Of a stretch of DNA of 64,000 bases, positions 34,983 to 48,520 are shown in pieces. Positions within the stretch are counted from its first letter, which is position 1. Each line of letters starts with the position of its first letter. Under the pieces are notes generated by a model that had not been told where the DNA came from, searched no databases, and saw only the letters and a list, made by a program, of their open reading frames with translations. A program made the position numbers and the translations under genes. Source of the stretch: Blepharisma stoltei ATCC 30299 (lineage: Eukaryota; Protista; Ciliophora); the NCBI GenBank assembly GCA_965603825.1, contig CBFDEM010000002.1, positions 784,677-848,676 of the forward strand, in the 5' to 3' direction.

Positions 34983-36560
34983 TTAATTAGCGAGACTAAC
35001 CTCATTAATAAAGCTTGGCTGCCCAGTCGAAGCCATGAGCCTCCACCACATATAGTTTCCTTCTAGATCCACTCTTCGCTGTCCTGGCAACGAGTTTTTT
35101 CCTTCTCTCGTCGAAATCATTAAATCAATCGGAATAAAGCAAGCCGCTCCGCCTACACATCCAACGGAAAACCCTGTAAACCCAGCAAAAGTCCCATGAA
35201 CCGCCGCCTGTGCCAATGTTGCGCACAAAACTTTGTCTCCTGAGTTAGCTGGGACCGTCCTGATCATATAAGTAGGATCAATATATTTTAATGTAATATT
35301 CATATCCCTTTCCTTACAATATTTTACTATCCCGTCCCTCAAATGTTTGCCTATATCATATAAAATCGGGTTGCCTGAGGCATCTGTCCCTGGCATTACA
35401 AGTTTTTCGTCCTTACAAGACACAGCAGCTCCTTCAGCGACCACTACAACAGCGTGTTTTTTAATTTTAAGCCTTTCCAATATATAGTTATAAACCCCAT
35501 TTGGCCCTGATAGTTCATATTCAGACTCAGGAATTAAGCAGACATTTACATTTCTATTAGCAATTGACGCTTGCATAGCAATAAACCCACTATTTCTCCC
35601 CATAAGTTTTACAAGCCCTACTCCATATTCTGCACTATTGGCTTCAATATTTGCTGAGTCAATAGCCCTTTGTGCTTCCTCTACACTCGTGTCAAACCCG
35701 AAGCTTTTATCAATGATTGGTATATCATTATCAATAGTTTTAGGAATCCCTGCAATGAAAACTGAAAGGTTTCTCCTTTCCATTTCTTCTACCATTGCAT
35801 TAATTCCTCTATGTGTCCCATCTCCTCCTATTATATAAATTTGGTTAAAACCGTGCTCTTCAATAGAGTCAGCTATTTTTTCCAAATTCCAGCCACCTCT
35901 AGAAGACTTCAAAATTGTCCCTCCAAGGGTATGAATGTCTACGACGTCGTGTGGGGTAAGCTTTTTTATGCAGCCTTCAGTATAAAATCCTTGGTAACCA
36001 TTCCAAATACCATATATTTCGGTGGTGTCGTAGTTATAGTAAAGCGACATGACGATTTCTCGGATAACCACGTTCAGGCCTGGGCAGAGACCTCCACAGG
36101 TAACGATGGCTGCTTTGACGTTTTTAGGGTTCATGATAATTTCCATTCTAGGGCTGCCTTTTAATAGTAAAATTGACCCTGCAATTGGGCAGGATTCTTC
36201 AGAAAAAGCGTTGTCAGCGACTAAGTAGCCACCAACTTTATTGAAAACTGACTCAGGGAGAAAAGCTCGGCCGGAGTTGATATCTTGTTTAACGCCAGTA
36301 CCCAAAAGTGGGTTTAAGAAGACTTTTCCTTCTGGAGGAGGCAGCATTTTGGGAGCCCTAACACCTTTTGCAGCGTCATTTTCGATTGCTTTTTGTTCGT
36401 TAAGGATTTTTTCAAGTCTTTCTATTTGACGGACTTGGGAAGTTGTCCTGCGTGTGATTCTTCTGGGCTCGTGACGAGTTTTTCTATAGTGAAGAAGGCT
36501 GATAAACCCAAGTGTGGCTGCTCCTAGGAGCAAGATTTGGTTTCACTTGTCTTTATCCAT
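34983..36560 (-). CDS. PFK: ATP-dependent 6-phosphofructokinase (plant/protist type) with N-terminal hydrophobic anchor
   Basis: TCGGLCPGLN, GGTILKSSRG, GGDGT, PKTIDND, MGRNSGFIA, YIDPTYMIR; ATG 36560 is reached through a TGA. Confidence 0.93.
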
Positions 36561-36600
36561 TATTTTATATAACCGAGATTTTTAAGAGAAAAACCAGTAA

Positions 36601-38019
<1,419 letters not shown>

Positions 38020-38026
38020 CTATTAT

Positions 38027-40321
38027 TTAGTGTTTTAAGAAGCATCTCCTCGTCATATGTGGTAAGCCTATCCTTTCATGTTTTTCCTTGATCCACTCGT
38101 CCCAGTACCCATCTTTATTATCATAATACGTAATGACGCTTGGGATGACCCCATCCGGGTTTTCATGATTCCTCTCAAACCAATTCACTCCATAATCTGG
38201 AATTTCCCAGTCATAAGTCTCAAACTTATGCCTTTTTTCTGTGATTGTTTCTCCTAGCATGCTCATCAGTTCTCTTTCTTCTTTGCTCATAGACTGAATT
38301 TTTTCCATTTCTTTTTGCTTTCTCGGCAGCGGTTTCAGTTCATTAGGATCTTTGACGACCTGTTTATCACCGCTATAATCAACCATATTTTCTCTTTCAA
38401 TAGAAGTCAGCTTGGTGACGTCAATGTCTTTTCTCCAGCGCATTTCTTCATTTTCACCAAATTCGTCTTCTTCTGATGCAGACACCTCACTTTCTTCATC
38501 AGCGAATTTTTTCTTTTTTTTGGGTTCTTCTGGCTCTCCACTAACTGATCTCTTTGTCTCTTCCTTAGGTTTTTTGGTTACTTTGGCTTCTTTGGCTTTC
38601 TTCTTTTTGCTTTTCCTCGGTTCATCCCATGGATCACCTTCTTCATCTTCATCTTCTTCTGAGCCTGGCCCATAATCCCGAGTGTCTACGTATTCATAAT
38701 CTTCGTCTTCTTCTTCTTCTTCTCCTCCTCCTTGTGGGGCGCTGGCAGCTTCTTCTTTTTTGGCTGTTTCTGCTATTTTTGATTTTTTAACACGATTTTG
38801 TTTATCTTTGGCTGGGAATTTCTTTTTTTCATCTTTTTTTGCAGTTGTGGTGGCTGCTGGGGTGGCTGCTTTGGTTTCTTTGGATTCTTCAGCTTCTTCT
38901 TCTTCTTCTTCAGGTCCTTCTGGGAGTGCCGAATCTCGGTCTTCGTCAGTATCATAAAATCTGCTTTCCCATTCTTCAATTAAGGACTTTTTGAATTCTT
39001 CAGTGTCTGAATCCCAGGCAGGGTCATAATCAACTTGTGGGTTATCAAGGTTCAAGGTTTCTTTTTTAATAAAATACTCCTGCAAGAACTTGTATTTAGT
39101 TTCGTCTCTTGGTGTCAAAAAGTTGCAGAGCTTATTTAAGAAAATTTCTTTATTTTTCCTGGACATTAAAGGGCGGCATCTGTCTAAAATTAAAGCGACA
39201 GAAACGACGAGGCGGTGCTCACGATAGTACCTAGGAAGCATTTCATAGTAATTTAAGCAGCTTGAATATGAAACTGGTTTCCATGGCTTATTGGGGGTGG
39301 GAAATTTTTCGCCTCTGTCGAATCTTTTTTTTAGTTTTAGAGATGTTTCCATTGCTGGGTAGACGTTCCACCTCTCAAGGGCCCTTGTGATATCTATATA
39401 GTTCATTGGCAATTCTTTGGGCACTGGCAAATATTCTTCGTCTTCAAGCACAGAAATTGCTGTGATGCTGTCTGGGGAAGAGGGTTTTACTATGAAGGTC
39501 TCTTCAGGATGATTCATTATATATTCATAAGGCTTGTAATGGGTTGTCATAAATGTCTTGAGTATCTCTGGGTGTGTATAGAATTTTCCGATTTGCTCTT
39601 TTAAATATATGCCTCCCATCAAGCCAAACTGCTCAAAATATTGTAAAGGCCTTGGCTGATTTTTAACGTACCACTCAGCCCAATATGAAGGGTCGTCTTC
39701 CATGTTTGGTCCAAGAATGGACCCTGGGTATTTGCGCAGATCTATTTTTGGGTCATAAATTTCCGCTAATTTGAAATACTGATTAGCAAAAACGTCCCCA
39801 TTGATCTCATCTGAAAGATATGTTCCGCGGCCTCCTCTGGTGATTTCTTCTTCTCCATCATAGCTGCCAATGGTTCTTTCCAATGATAATTGTGACTTAT
39901 GCTGACGTATCCAAGAACGGATTTCATTGCTAGACATGTGCTCCCCATGGTTTTCGATTTCTTCCCAATGAAGACCACGTGGGCCTGGCTCCAACATCTT
40001 ATCGGCGTATTTGTTCAATTCTTTAGTCCTCGATTCAAGATATTGTCTGGCTGTGTTCCATTCTTTTTCGACTGGGACCAGAACTTCAGGAAGCTTTATT
40101 TCATTGGGCTTGATAGACGCAAAATACTCGCGTGATTCATCTCGGTAGGGTGGGATGTATTCATTGTCGGCGAGCTTGATTTTTTTCTTTTTCTTTGATG
40201 AATCGACAGGGGGAATGTCGATTTTGACAGCTTGAGGCTTGAGTTTAGTGCCTAAAGATTCTAAGGTTTGTTGAGTAAAACTCGAGCTGCTTCTTTTCAA
40301 TATAAATATTGCTCTCAACAT
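38027..40321 (-). CDS. Unknown 764-aa protein, mitochondrial-type presequence and acidic/charged central tracts
   Basis: N-terminal MLRAIFILKRSSSSF; long E/K/D-rich tracts; intact frame. Confidence 0.7.
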   Translation of the reverse strand: MLRAIFILKRSSSSFTQQTLESLGTKLKPQAVKIDIPPVDSSKKKKKIKLADNEYIPPYRDESREYFASIKPNEIKLPEVLVPVEKEWNTARQYLESRTKELNKYADKMLEPGPRGLHWEEIENHGEHMSSNEIRSWIRQHKSQLSLERTIGSYDGEEEITRGGRGTYLSDEINGDVFANQYFKLAEIYDPKIDLRKYPGSILGPNMEDDPSYWAEWYVKNQPRPLQYFEQFGLMGGIYLKEQIGKFYTHPEILKTFMTTHYKPYEYIMNHPEETFIVKPSSPDSITAISVLEDEEYLPVPKELPMNYIDITRALERWNVYPAMETSLKLKKRFDRGEKFPTPNKPWKPVSYSSCLNYYEMLPRYYREHRLVVSVALILDRCRPLMSRKNKEIFLNKLCNFLTPRDETKYKFLQEYFIKKETLNLDNPQVDYDPAWDSDTEEFKKSLIEEWESRFYDTDEDRDSALPEGPEEEEEEAEESKETKAATPAATTTAKKDEKKKFPAKDKQNRVKKSKIAETAKKEEAASAPQGGGEEEEEDEDYEYVDTRDYGPGSEEDEDEEGDPWDEPRKSKKKKAKEAKVTKKPKEETKRSVSGEPEEPKKKKKFADEESEVSASEEDEFGENEEMRWRKDIDVTKLTSIERENMVDYSGDKQVVKDPNELKPLPRKQKEMEKIQSMSKEERELMSMLGETITEKRHKFETYDWEIPDYGVNWFERNHENPDGVIPSVITYYDNKDGYWDEWIKEKHERIGLPHMTRRCFLKH

Positions 40322-40368
40322 TTATATGCTTATTTAAAGAAATTCATAATGAGTTATGGTTAAATTTA

Positions 40369-43300
40369 CTATTTTTCTGAACTCTGCAGCTGTTTTAACA
40401 AGTACTGTGATTCAACTGGCCCAGTGTGCAGAATTAAATTCCTAAACAAAGAATCTTCTCTATTACCTAGCTCATAAGGAGTTCCAATTTCTTTGCAAGA
40501 CCCACTTTCCATCACAATTATAAGATCAGTATCTATAATTGTCCTCAGCCTATGAGCAATAATCAATAGTGTACTTGTTTTGAATTTTTTTCTTATTTGT
40601 GTCTGTATAAATCTATCAGTTTCTGGGTCAACATTGGCGGTGGCTTCGTCCATCATGATGATTTTATTTTTCCTTATCAAAGCTCTTGCAAGACAAACCA
40701 GCTGCTTTTGGCCTGTCGATAAATTCCCGCCTTCTCCAATCAAAGAGGTTTCTAGTCCTTTCGAAAAAGAAGACAGAAGGCTTGATAGGCGGGTTTGCTC
40801 AATAACAGAAATTATTTCTTCATCAGAATGCTCACGGAAAGGGTCAAGATTGTCACGAAAACTGGCTAGAAAAATGGTTGGGGTCTGAGGGATTACTGAC
40901 ATTTGTTTGCGCAGCTGATGAAGGCCTGATTTCATATAGTCTTGGCTGTCAATAAGAATGGTGCCGTTACAAGGGTTGACAAGGCGGAAGAGGATTTGCA
41001 TTATAGACGATTTTCCAGCTCCTGTCCTGCCGACAATGCCGACTTTTTGGCCAGGCTCGATTGTAAAACTAAGGTTTTGGAGGACGAGGGGGAAGTTTTC
41101 TTGGTATCTCATTGATAAATCTTTTATTTCGATTTTACCTTGACTTATTACAAAATTTTCATTATTTTCGAAAACTCCTTCTTCCTCTATGTTTGCGTAT
41201 TCAAGAATTCTTTGAGGAGAAGCCATCAAATTATCAGTCTCTATAAGTGTAAATACCCAGTAAGAAATATACCCAGTCGCAGATATTGATAATGAGATTG
41301 TCATAGCTGCTAGGCTTGGGTCAATATAATCTCTATAAAGCACAATAATAACCACATTAAAAATAGCTACTACAAAGGATCCTAGTTCTACGTATGACTG
41401 GTAAAACCTAAGTACCAGCCAATACCCGAGTGTCGCTTTTGAGTTCAGTGTGATTGCATTTTTCATGTCATTTATAAACTTTTTTTGAAGGTTCAATGAC
41501 CTTATAGTGATTACACCATGCACCGAAGAATTGCAGATAGACAGAATAGGACTTTTAGTGACCAGCTCAATTCTCCTTAAATCCTTTGTAATTGGTGCCA
41601 GCTTTTTGGCTAAAATTGTCACATATATAAAAAAAATCAATATGACCCCTATATTAGGTGGCGCTATGATGGCCAAAAGAATTAAGTTTCCCCATAGATA
41701 AGTTGTAGCGACAACCAGCTCAAAAGTGGTGGACGACAGCATTTCGTCCATTAATAGAGTGTCTTTAGAAAACCTATTTATCAGTCTCCCAAATGGATTT
41801 TTGTCAAAAAATGAGACTTTTGTTTTGGTTATGCTTTCTAAGCCTTCATTATGGATTCTTTTAGCACCTCTAAGCATACCATAGCCAAATAAGACTGACC
41901 TAGTAAAGGTAGCAACATAGGTGCAGCCAATTATAATGAAATAAACCCAAACATAAAAAGGATCTTTTTGGTCATCAGCGTCACATCATATTGCAAGCCA
42001 TCAGCTGACTGCTGTCATACAAGCTTGGTTGGCTAATAATAAAAAAATTGCAAGAATAAATAAAAACCAGCCAAACGCAAGCTTAAAAAATTTGTAATAA
42101 ATTTTAAAAGGGACTTTTCCAGATGCTCTTTCTTCTTCTTGTATTAATAAATTGTCTTTTTCATTTTCTTTTGTTTCTGCTTCTTTTATTTTCACTTCTC
42201 CATTTTCTGATTCTTTTTCTTTGTCGTCATTTAGCAAATGCCCAATAACGTCTTTGATTTCTTCATTTTTTTGCAATTCTTGGTAATTTCCACAGAATAC
42301 TTGGTTTCCTTCAAAAAGCACCAAAATTTTATCAGCTTCAGGAATTAAATGCACCTGATGGGTTGCGAGAATGACAGTTTTATTTTTTAGGAAATCTTTA
42401 ATACAATAATTAAAGATGTGAGTGCTTACTTCTGCATCTACAGCACTGAGAGGGTCATCTAATAAGATGATATCGCGATTGGTATAAACGGCTCTTGCTA
42501 AGCTAATTCTTGCTTTTTGGCCGCCACTTAAGGTGATTCCTCTGTCTCCTACCATGGTGTTGTCACCAAATTTGAAATTTTCGAGATCCCTCTCTAATGC
42601 GCATGCAAAAATCACTTTTCTATATAAAGATTCATCAAAGTCCAAGCCCATTAAAATATTTTCTCTTATTGTCCCTGAAATAATCCAAGGATCGCCTTCA
42701 CAATAAGAAATACTCCCATTGAACCCAATTTTTCCACTGGTTAATGAGATTTCTTGGAGTATCCCCATAAATAAACTGCTTTTTCCACAGCCAACAGGAC
42801 CTACCACAATTAAAAGGTTTCCATTTTTGAGCTTGAAATTCACATTATTTAAGGAAAATGCATTTGAATTTTGGTTCTCAATCAGCCCTTTTTCTGTTTC
42901 TAAATTATATTTATTTGTCGATTCAGCTGCTATTTTCCCTTTATTATCGCCTCATACAAAATTTGCATCTTTTACAGTAATCATATGGTTTTTTGTCAAT
43001 TTATAAATATTTTCTTCTTTATTTTTCATCAGTAAAGTATTTGTGACTCTTTTCATAAACATTGCAATCAAAAATGTCATTATAACTGCATGAAGCCCAG
43101 CTCCCGTCACAAGAACATTCGTCATCATAAAAATCGAAAGCGAGGCAAAAACAACGCCATTTTCCATTGTATTTCCTAGGTAAACGTATATCAAAAATGT
43201 GATTACTGTGCATAAGCCTACAGATCCATTCCCAAACATAGTGCTCAAAGAGTGGACTTTGAGCTTATTTATCATCTGTTTTATTTCTGCTGATCTTTCT

Positions 43301-44175
43301 TCAAAAATTAAATTTAAGTATGGATGCTCCCAGCCATAAAGCTTGACAATTCTTATCCCTTCTATTAAATTAGATATCATTTTTACTCTTCGGTCGCTAT
43401 GAAATGCTGCTTTTCCTCTGAATTTTCCAGTTATAGAGCCAGCTATCATAATTATAGGTAAATGAAAAACTAAAATAATCAAGCCGATAATGCCAGCTGG
43501 CCCAAGTAAAATACCAATAATGATAAAAGCTCCGATAAAAAAGGTAGGAATTGACAATGAATAGATGAATAGTAATAGACCATCCAAAAAGTCTACTTCA
43601 GATGCTATTACATTTGATATATTTCCTCGGGCGTTACCTTTCGTCATAACTAAGTTCGATGTGCTTAGAACCTTTCTATAAACAAGTGTTGGAATTATCC
43701 ATTTCAGTCTCAAACTTTGCAAATTAATACGAAAAAATGCTAAATTGTTTAAAAAATATGCAATAAGTGAGACTGCTGCAAATGCAAGCACATATAGTGC
43801 TCCAGCATAGGAATCATAGCTGCTGTCTTTAATGAATCTGATTAAAAATATCACTAAAATGGCTTGGATAAGTCCGAGATTCCAGCTGATAATTCCTGGT
43901 AAGCAGCTTTTTAATATATCTCAGCCAACCACTCTTATCACAACTTTTAAAAAACTTGGTTTTGGTCTTTTTGATTCTTTTTCTCATTCATTCTCGAAAA
44001 GTAAGACAGCTTTGTCTATTTCTACTCTTTCGGGGATTTCCAGCATATTTGTGAGACCTGGCTTGCTTAGTTTTCAGTGTCGGATTGGGTTGAAAGCTCA
44101 TGCTAAATTGAGGTCTTTGAAGATGTTGGACTTGTCGTAAGAAAAAGCCGGTGAATCCTTTACAATATCGTCCAT
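40369..44175 (-). CDS. ABCC (MRP-type) full transporter, ~1268 aa
   Basis: One frame through several TGAs; TMD1, NBD1 (GPVGCGKS, LSGGQ, LLDDP), TMD2, NBD2 (GRTGAGKS, LSTGQ, MMDEAT). Confidence 0.93.
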
Positions 44176-44522
44176 ATTAATTCTGCTAAGTTTCAGAGAT
44201 AAGCCTAATAAAATATGCTAAATTAATTAAAGAAACAATTGCTAAATAATTATGAATTTGATAGAATTTATCATTAATTTTTTTTAGTACATTTAAATCG
44301 AAAAACTCATGCAAGAACAAAAAATTAAAGCTTTTTTACCCATTTTATCACTTAAAATGTTAAAGAGGATGCTCTGTTTAAAAACGAAGAGCTCAGCTAT
44401 ATGTTTCTTTATTTAAAAATTTACTATATGTCCAACAATTATATACTGAGGTTTTATATCTGCGTTAAAATTATAATTTTTATTTTATAAAAAGCCTGAT
44501 TTTTATTGTTGAATAAATAAAA

Positions 44523-46079
44523 ATGAAAAAAGCCCTTGGCTTAGCTTTTTTATTACCTTCTATAGGAGCTGGATATTATCTATTTTCCAAAAGAACTCTT
44601 CCAGAGCCTACTGGAAAACCATATCAGGAGCTTCCAAAAGCTTCTTATGAAGACCACCCCAATAAGCATATAATCTCGAAAATCCCCAAAACAATCGGAA
44701 TTATCGGTGCCGGTATGAGCGGCCTTATAAGCGCCAAAACCTTTAGAACTCAAGGCTATGAAGTAGAAGTTATCGAAAAACGTCCAGGACCTGGAGGAGT
44801 CTGATACGAAAATTTTGATAATTCTGGCTTGCAAGGTACAAAAGATACTTATTTTTTGCCAGACTACCCTTTTCCAGATAATTACCCACCATTTCCAAGG
44901 CGTCAACAAATAAAGGACTGAATTGATGGGTTAGTTAAAAAATTCGATTTATCGCCATTAATAAAGTTCAATACAGAGGTAAAATCAGTTACACAAAATC
45001 CAGATGAAACTTGAAAATTAACATTTAAGGATGGGACGTCAAAAAATTATGATTTTCTGGTGGTTTGTTCGGGATTTAATGATATTCCAAAAATTCCTCA
45101 ATATAAAGGTCAGGAAAATTTTAAAGGAAAGATTTTACATAGCAGTGAATTTATTAATGCAAAAGTACATTGCCAAGGCAAAAAAGTTATTGTTATAGGA
45201 GCTGGAAAAAGTGCATTTGATATTATGTCAACTTCAGTTGACTATGGTGGTGAGGTGCTCGGGCTTGTAAGGAAAATCGGGTATGCATATCCAGTTAACC
45301 CAAAACCATATGGAATCCCATTTGAATTTACGACATATTCAAGGCTTGCATATCTCTGTGGAATCATATATGACCCAGAAAGCAGTTTTATTCATAAATA
45401 TTTCGGCTTCATTGAATATTTATGACTAAAATTTGTCCATCTCCAATTAAGATATGGAATAATCAAAGAGCTTGAGCCTGATGAAAAAGATTTGCACTTC
45501 TTAGAAACTGCTGGAATAAGAGATCCGCCAGTCCAAAAGAAAATTGCTGATGGGAAAATCAAACTTATGAGGGGAGAAATCGAGGAAATCAAAGAAAATG
45601 GAATAATGGTAAAAGGGAAACTTATAGAGTGTGACACCATTGTATTTGCAACAGGCTTCAAGCCAAATTATTATGTAAAACAAAAAGAAAACGACGGGTT
45701 TTGGCTATATAGAGATGTATTAGTCCCTGGAGTAAGGAATGTAGCAATTGTAGGAGCTTTTATAACAACTTACACAAATTTATGAAGTAATATACAAGCT
45801 TTATGGCTCGTCGATATTCTAAGAGGGAGTTTCAAGGTTGCTTCTATAGAAGAAATGAATAAGGACATTGACAAGAAAAAGAAAATCATGTTTAAATACT
45901 ACGAGAACTATAAAGGCGACCCAATTTATATCAGTTCTCAGCCGTTTTCACCATTTATTATTGATGAATATCTAAATGATCTCAAAATTCAAACCGTTAG
46001 AGACGATACAATGTATAAGCATTGGTTCAAAGCTTTTGATATCAATAACTATAAAACAGTCGTCACGCATCATATTTAA
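44523..46079 (+). CDS. Flavin-containing monooxygenase with N-terminal membrane anchor
   Basis: GAGMSG (FAD), GGV[TGA=W], FKGKILHSSEF (FMO motif), GAGKSA (NADPH), FATGF; four ORF-track pieces share one frame. Confidence 0.92.
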
Positions 46080-46122
46080 TTAGCAAGTTACCATAATAAT
46101 TGTGATTATATTAAATTAATTT

Positions 46123-48246
46123 TTAATTTTTTTGACTTGCAATGTAGTCTAAATAATCCATTTCACTCTGAGAAAGTGATTGCTTACAGCTAGGGCAGAT
46201 AGTAAGTGGCTTCTTTACTTTGGAAGCAAATTTTGATATGCAGTTCCAGCAAATATTCTTTTTGCATTTGGAAGAATGTTCAAAATATAATTCTTCAGTG
46301 ATAATATTTGTACAATTTATGCACCAAGGCAAATACGAATCAATATTTATGGATTGAGAGACATTCTGAGAAGGGTTTGAGTAAGGATTTTTTGTATTTT
46401 CTAAGGGTGTTAGTGGAGGAGGCTTTGAGTAAAAGCTTGGGATTTGTAGGGATTGTGATGGAAGCTCATATCTAGCTGGCTGAGGTGGAAGATTTTGATA
46501 TGTGCTTTTCGAATTTTCCATAGGTATAAATGAAGGCTGCGGGTTAAGGTTTGGCCTTTGAGGGGCTTGAGAATGAAATTCATAAGAAACTGGCTGATAG
46601 GATGAGTTTGACACTTTTTGGCTTTGATTTTGATATGTTGGAACAGACGAATTGAATGGAACCTGTGATTGATTTAGGACTTGAGCTTGTGAATTAAAAG
46701 CAGGAACTTGAGAATTCATATTTGGTAAGAATGGTCTTGGGATAACATTCACAATTTCATCTCCTTTTTGGAGATTTATCGGATTTATCGGTTTATTTAC
46801 AGCATAAAAATTAGACTGAGGATTATCTAATCTGGGCTGAGGATTTATTGGATTTATCTGATTGTTTACAGCATAAAGATTAGACTGAGGGTTATCTAAT
46901 CTGGGCGGCTGAGGATTTATTGGATTTATCTGATTGTTTCCAGCATAAAAATTAGGCAGAGGATTATCAAATTTTGATGGCTGAGGAGCGATTGGATTCT
47001 CCTGAATACTTCCAGCATAGATGTCAGGCCTAGAATTCTCTGCTTTAAATGCCTGGTTGACATTATATGTATAAAATTTTGGTAGCTTATTTCTATCGAT
47101 TTGGTTTTCTTCAGCCTGCAATGGGGCATCATACTCGTTTTTAGAAGGGAAGAAATTTGGCTTATTTATGTTTTCTTGAGGTGGAATCTTTAATTTCACC
47201 TCAGATTTCCTTAGAGGCTGGGCTTGAATATTATCATTAGGGCCAGAATCATTATATCTGGATTTCGTAGGTATTTGTAAGCTATCGTTAGGGAGATTTA
47301 CAGATGATGGACTGCTGAAGTCAGGGAATTGAATGCTATCATTAGGAAGCTTAAAAGATGCAGGATTTCCAAATTGATTTGTCGTTTTTTTGCTATCTTC
47401 TTTTTGGGCTGGCAACTTTGGAAAATTTAATGTGGTTTGTGCTAAGTGATCTGGAACTTGTGTCACATTTACTGCTGCTTCTTTATTAGGCTCTTTTTTC
47501 CCAATTATTTCAGCTTGCTCAATGTTTATAGCGACTTTTTCATTTGCCTCTTTATCAGTTTTTCTCACAGTTACATTTGGTATCTCAATATCCATATCAT
47601 CAGGGTGTTTAGGCTCCTTTGGGGTAATTTTTATAGAATCCTGATTTTTGGATTCTTCAATCCCTTCTAGGGTATCAGACTTGCTTTTCTTTTTCTCCTC
47701 TTCTAATTTTCATCTGCTTTCTTTTTCATTTTTCTTTTCTTCGTCAAATTTCCCTTTATTTTTATTTTCTTTCACTTTAGCATTACTCTTTTCTTCTTCG
47801 GCTTGGCTATCAAGCTTGGCTATTTCTTTTGCCAAAAGGATGCGATTCTTTTTCAATTCCTCAGACCAGTGGCCAAGTAGCTCTAAAACCAAAATCATTA
47901 AATCAATGGCTCTATAAATTTCAAAGAGGTCTAAGGGCTGCTGGTGCGCCCATTCGTTTCTATAGGCTTTGATGGCCTTTATAAAAGTTATATGAGATTT
48001 TTTCCCGAACTTGTTTTCATTGAATTTCATGGCTTTCGACCATAAAAGAGTCAGCAGCTGAGTCAAGTCTCAAGTCTTTAAGTCATTCATTTTAGATTTC
48101 TCAAAGCCTTTAGGACGTGCATCATAAACTTCGTTGCAATTCATTCATTTTGGTCCATGCAACTCCTCAAAGTCAATGCTAATAATTTCAGCTAATTTGT
48201 CCCGAAAAGCTATAAGGGAGTCTTGAAAAATTTGCTCCTTAGACAT
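46123..48246 (-). CDS. Swt1-like HEPN domain, coiled coil, N/P/Q-rich region and C-terminal RING-like Zn finger (~707 aa)
   Basis: ATG 48246; HGPK[W], T[W]DLTQLL and YRNEWAHQ..EIYRAIDL; joins 46123-47595 through TGA 47710; tail CINC..HSSKC..CWNC..CPSC. Confidence 0.8.
46785..47000 (-). repeat. Intragenic imperfect tandem repeats (NNQINPINPQPxLDNPQSNxYA)
   Basis: Three to four related units, visible in both DNA and protein; boundaries are approximate. Confidence 0.8.
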
Positions 48247-48520
48247 TTTCTTTAAAATATATGCAGAATTTAATTTGGGAATTAGCTTTAGGATAAAGCA
48301 TCAAAAAAATATTTATAAGTATAAATCTACTTTTTTCCTATTGAGAAAAATATTATGATTATTAAAGCTCTATTGTATTTTAATTATTCTTCAACAAAAA
48401 TATAATTCTTTTGTTAGATTCTAAGAACAGCCCTCAATATTTAAATTTCCCAAGAGAATTATTTTCATCTCCATTGGCATATTTCTTTTAAAGATATTCA
48501 TCAACTATTACTTCAAAATA

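Noticed and set aside
44802-44804. Selenocysteine or UGA=Cys reading of internal TGAs
   Set aside because: TGAs align with TGG in paralogs and with conserved Trp motifs such as FMO GGxW, not with Cys.
47623-47637. Intron-like GTAATTTTTATAG on the + strand
   Set aside because: It is antisense to the HEPN gene and only 13 nt from GT to AG.
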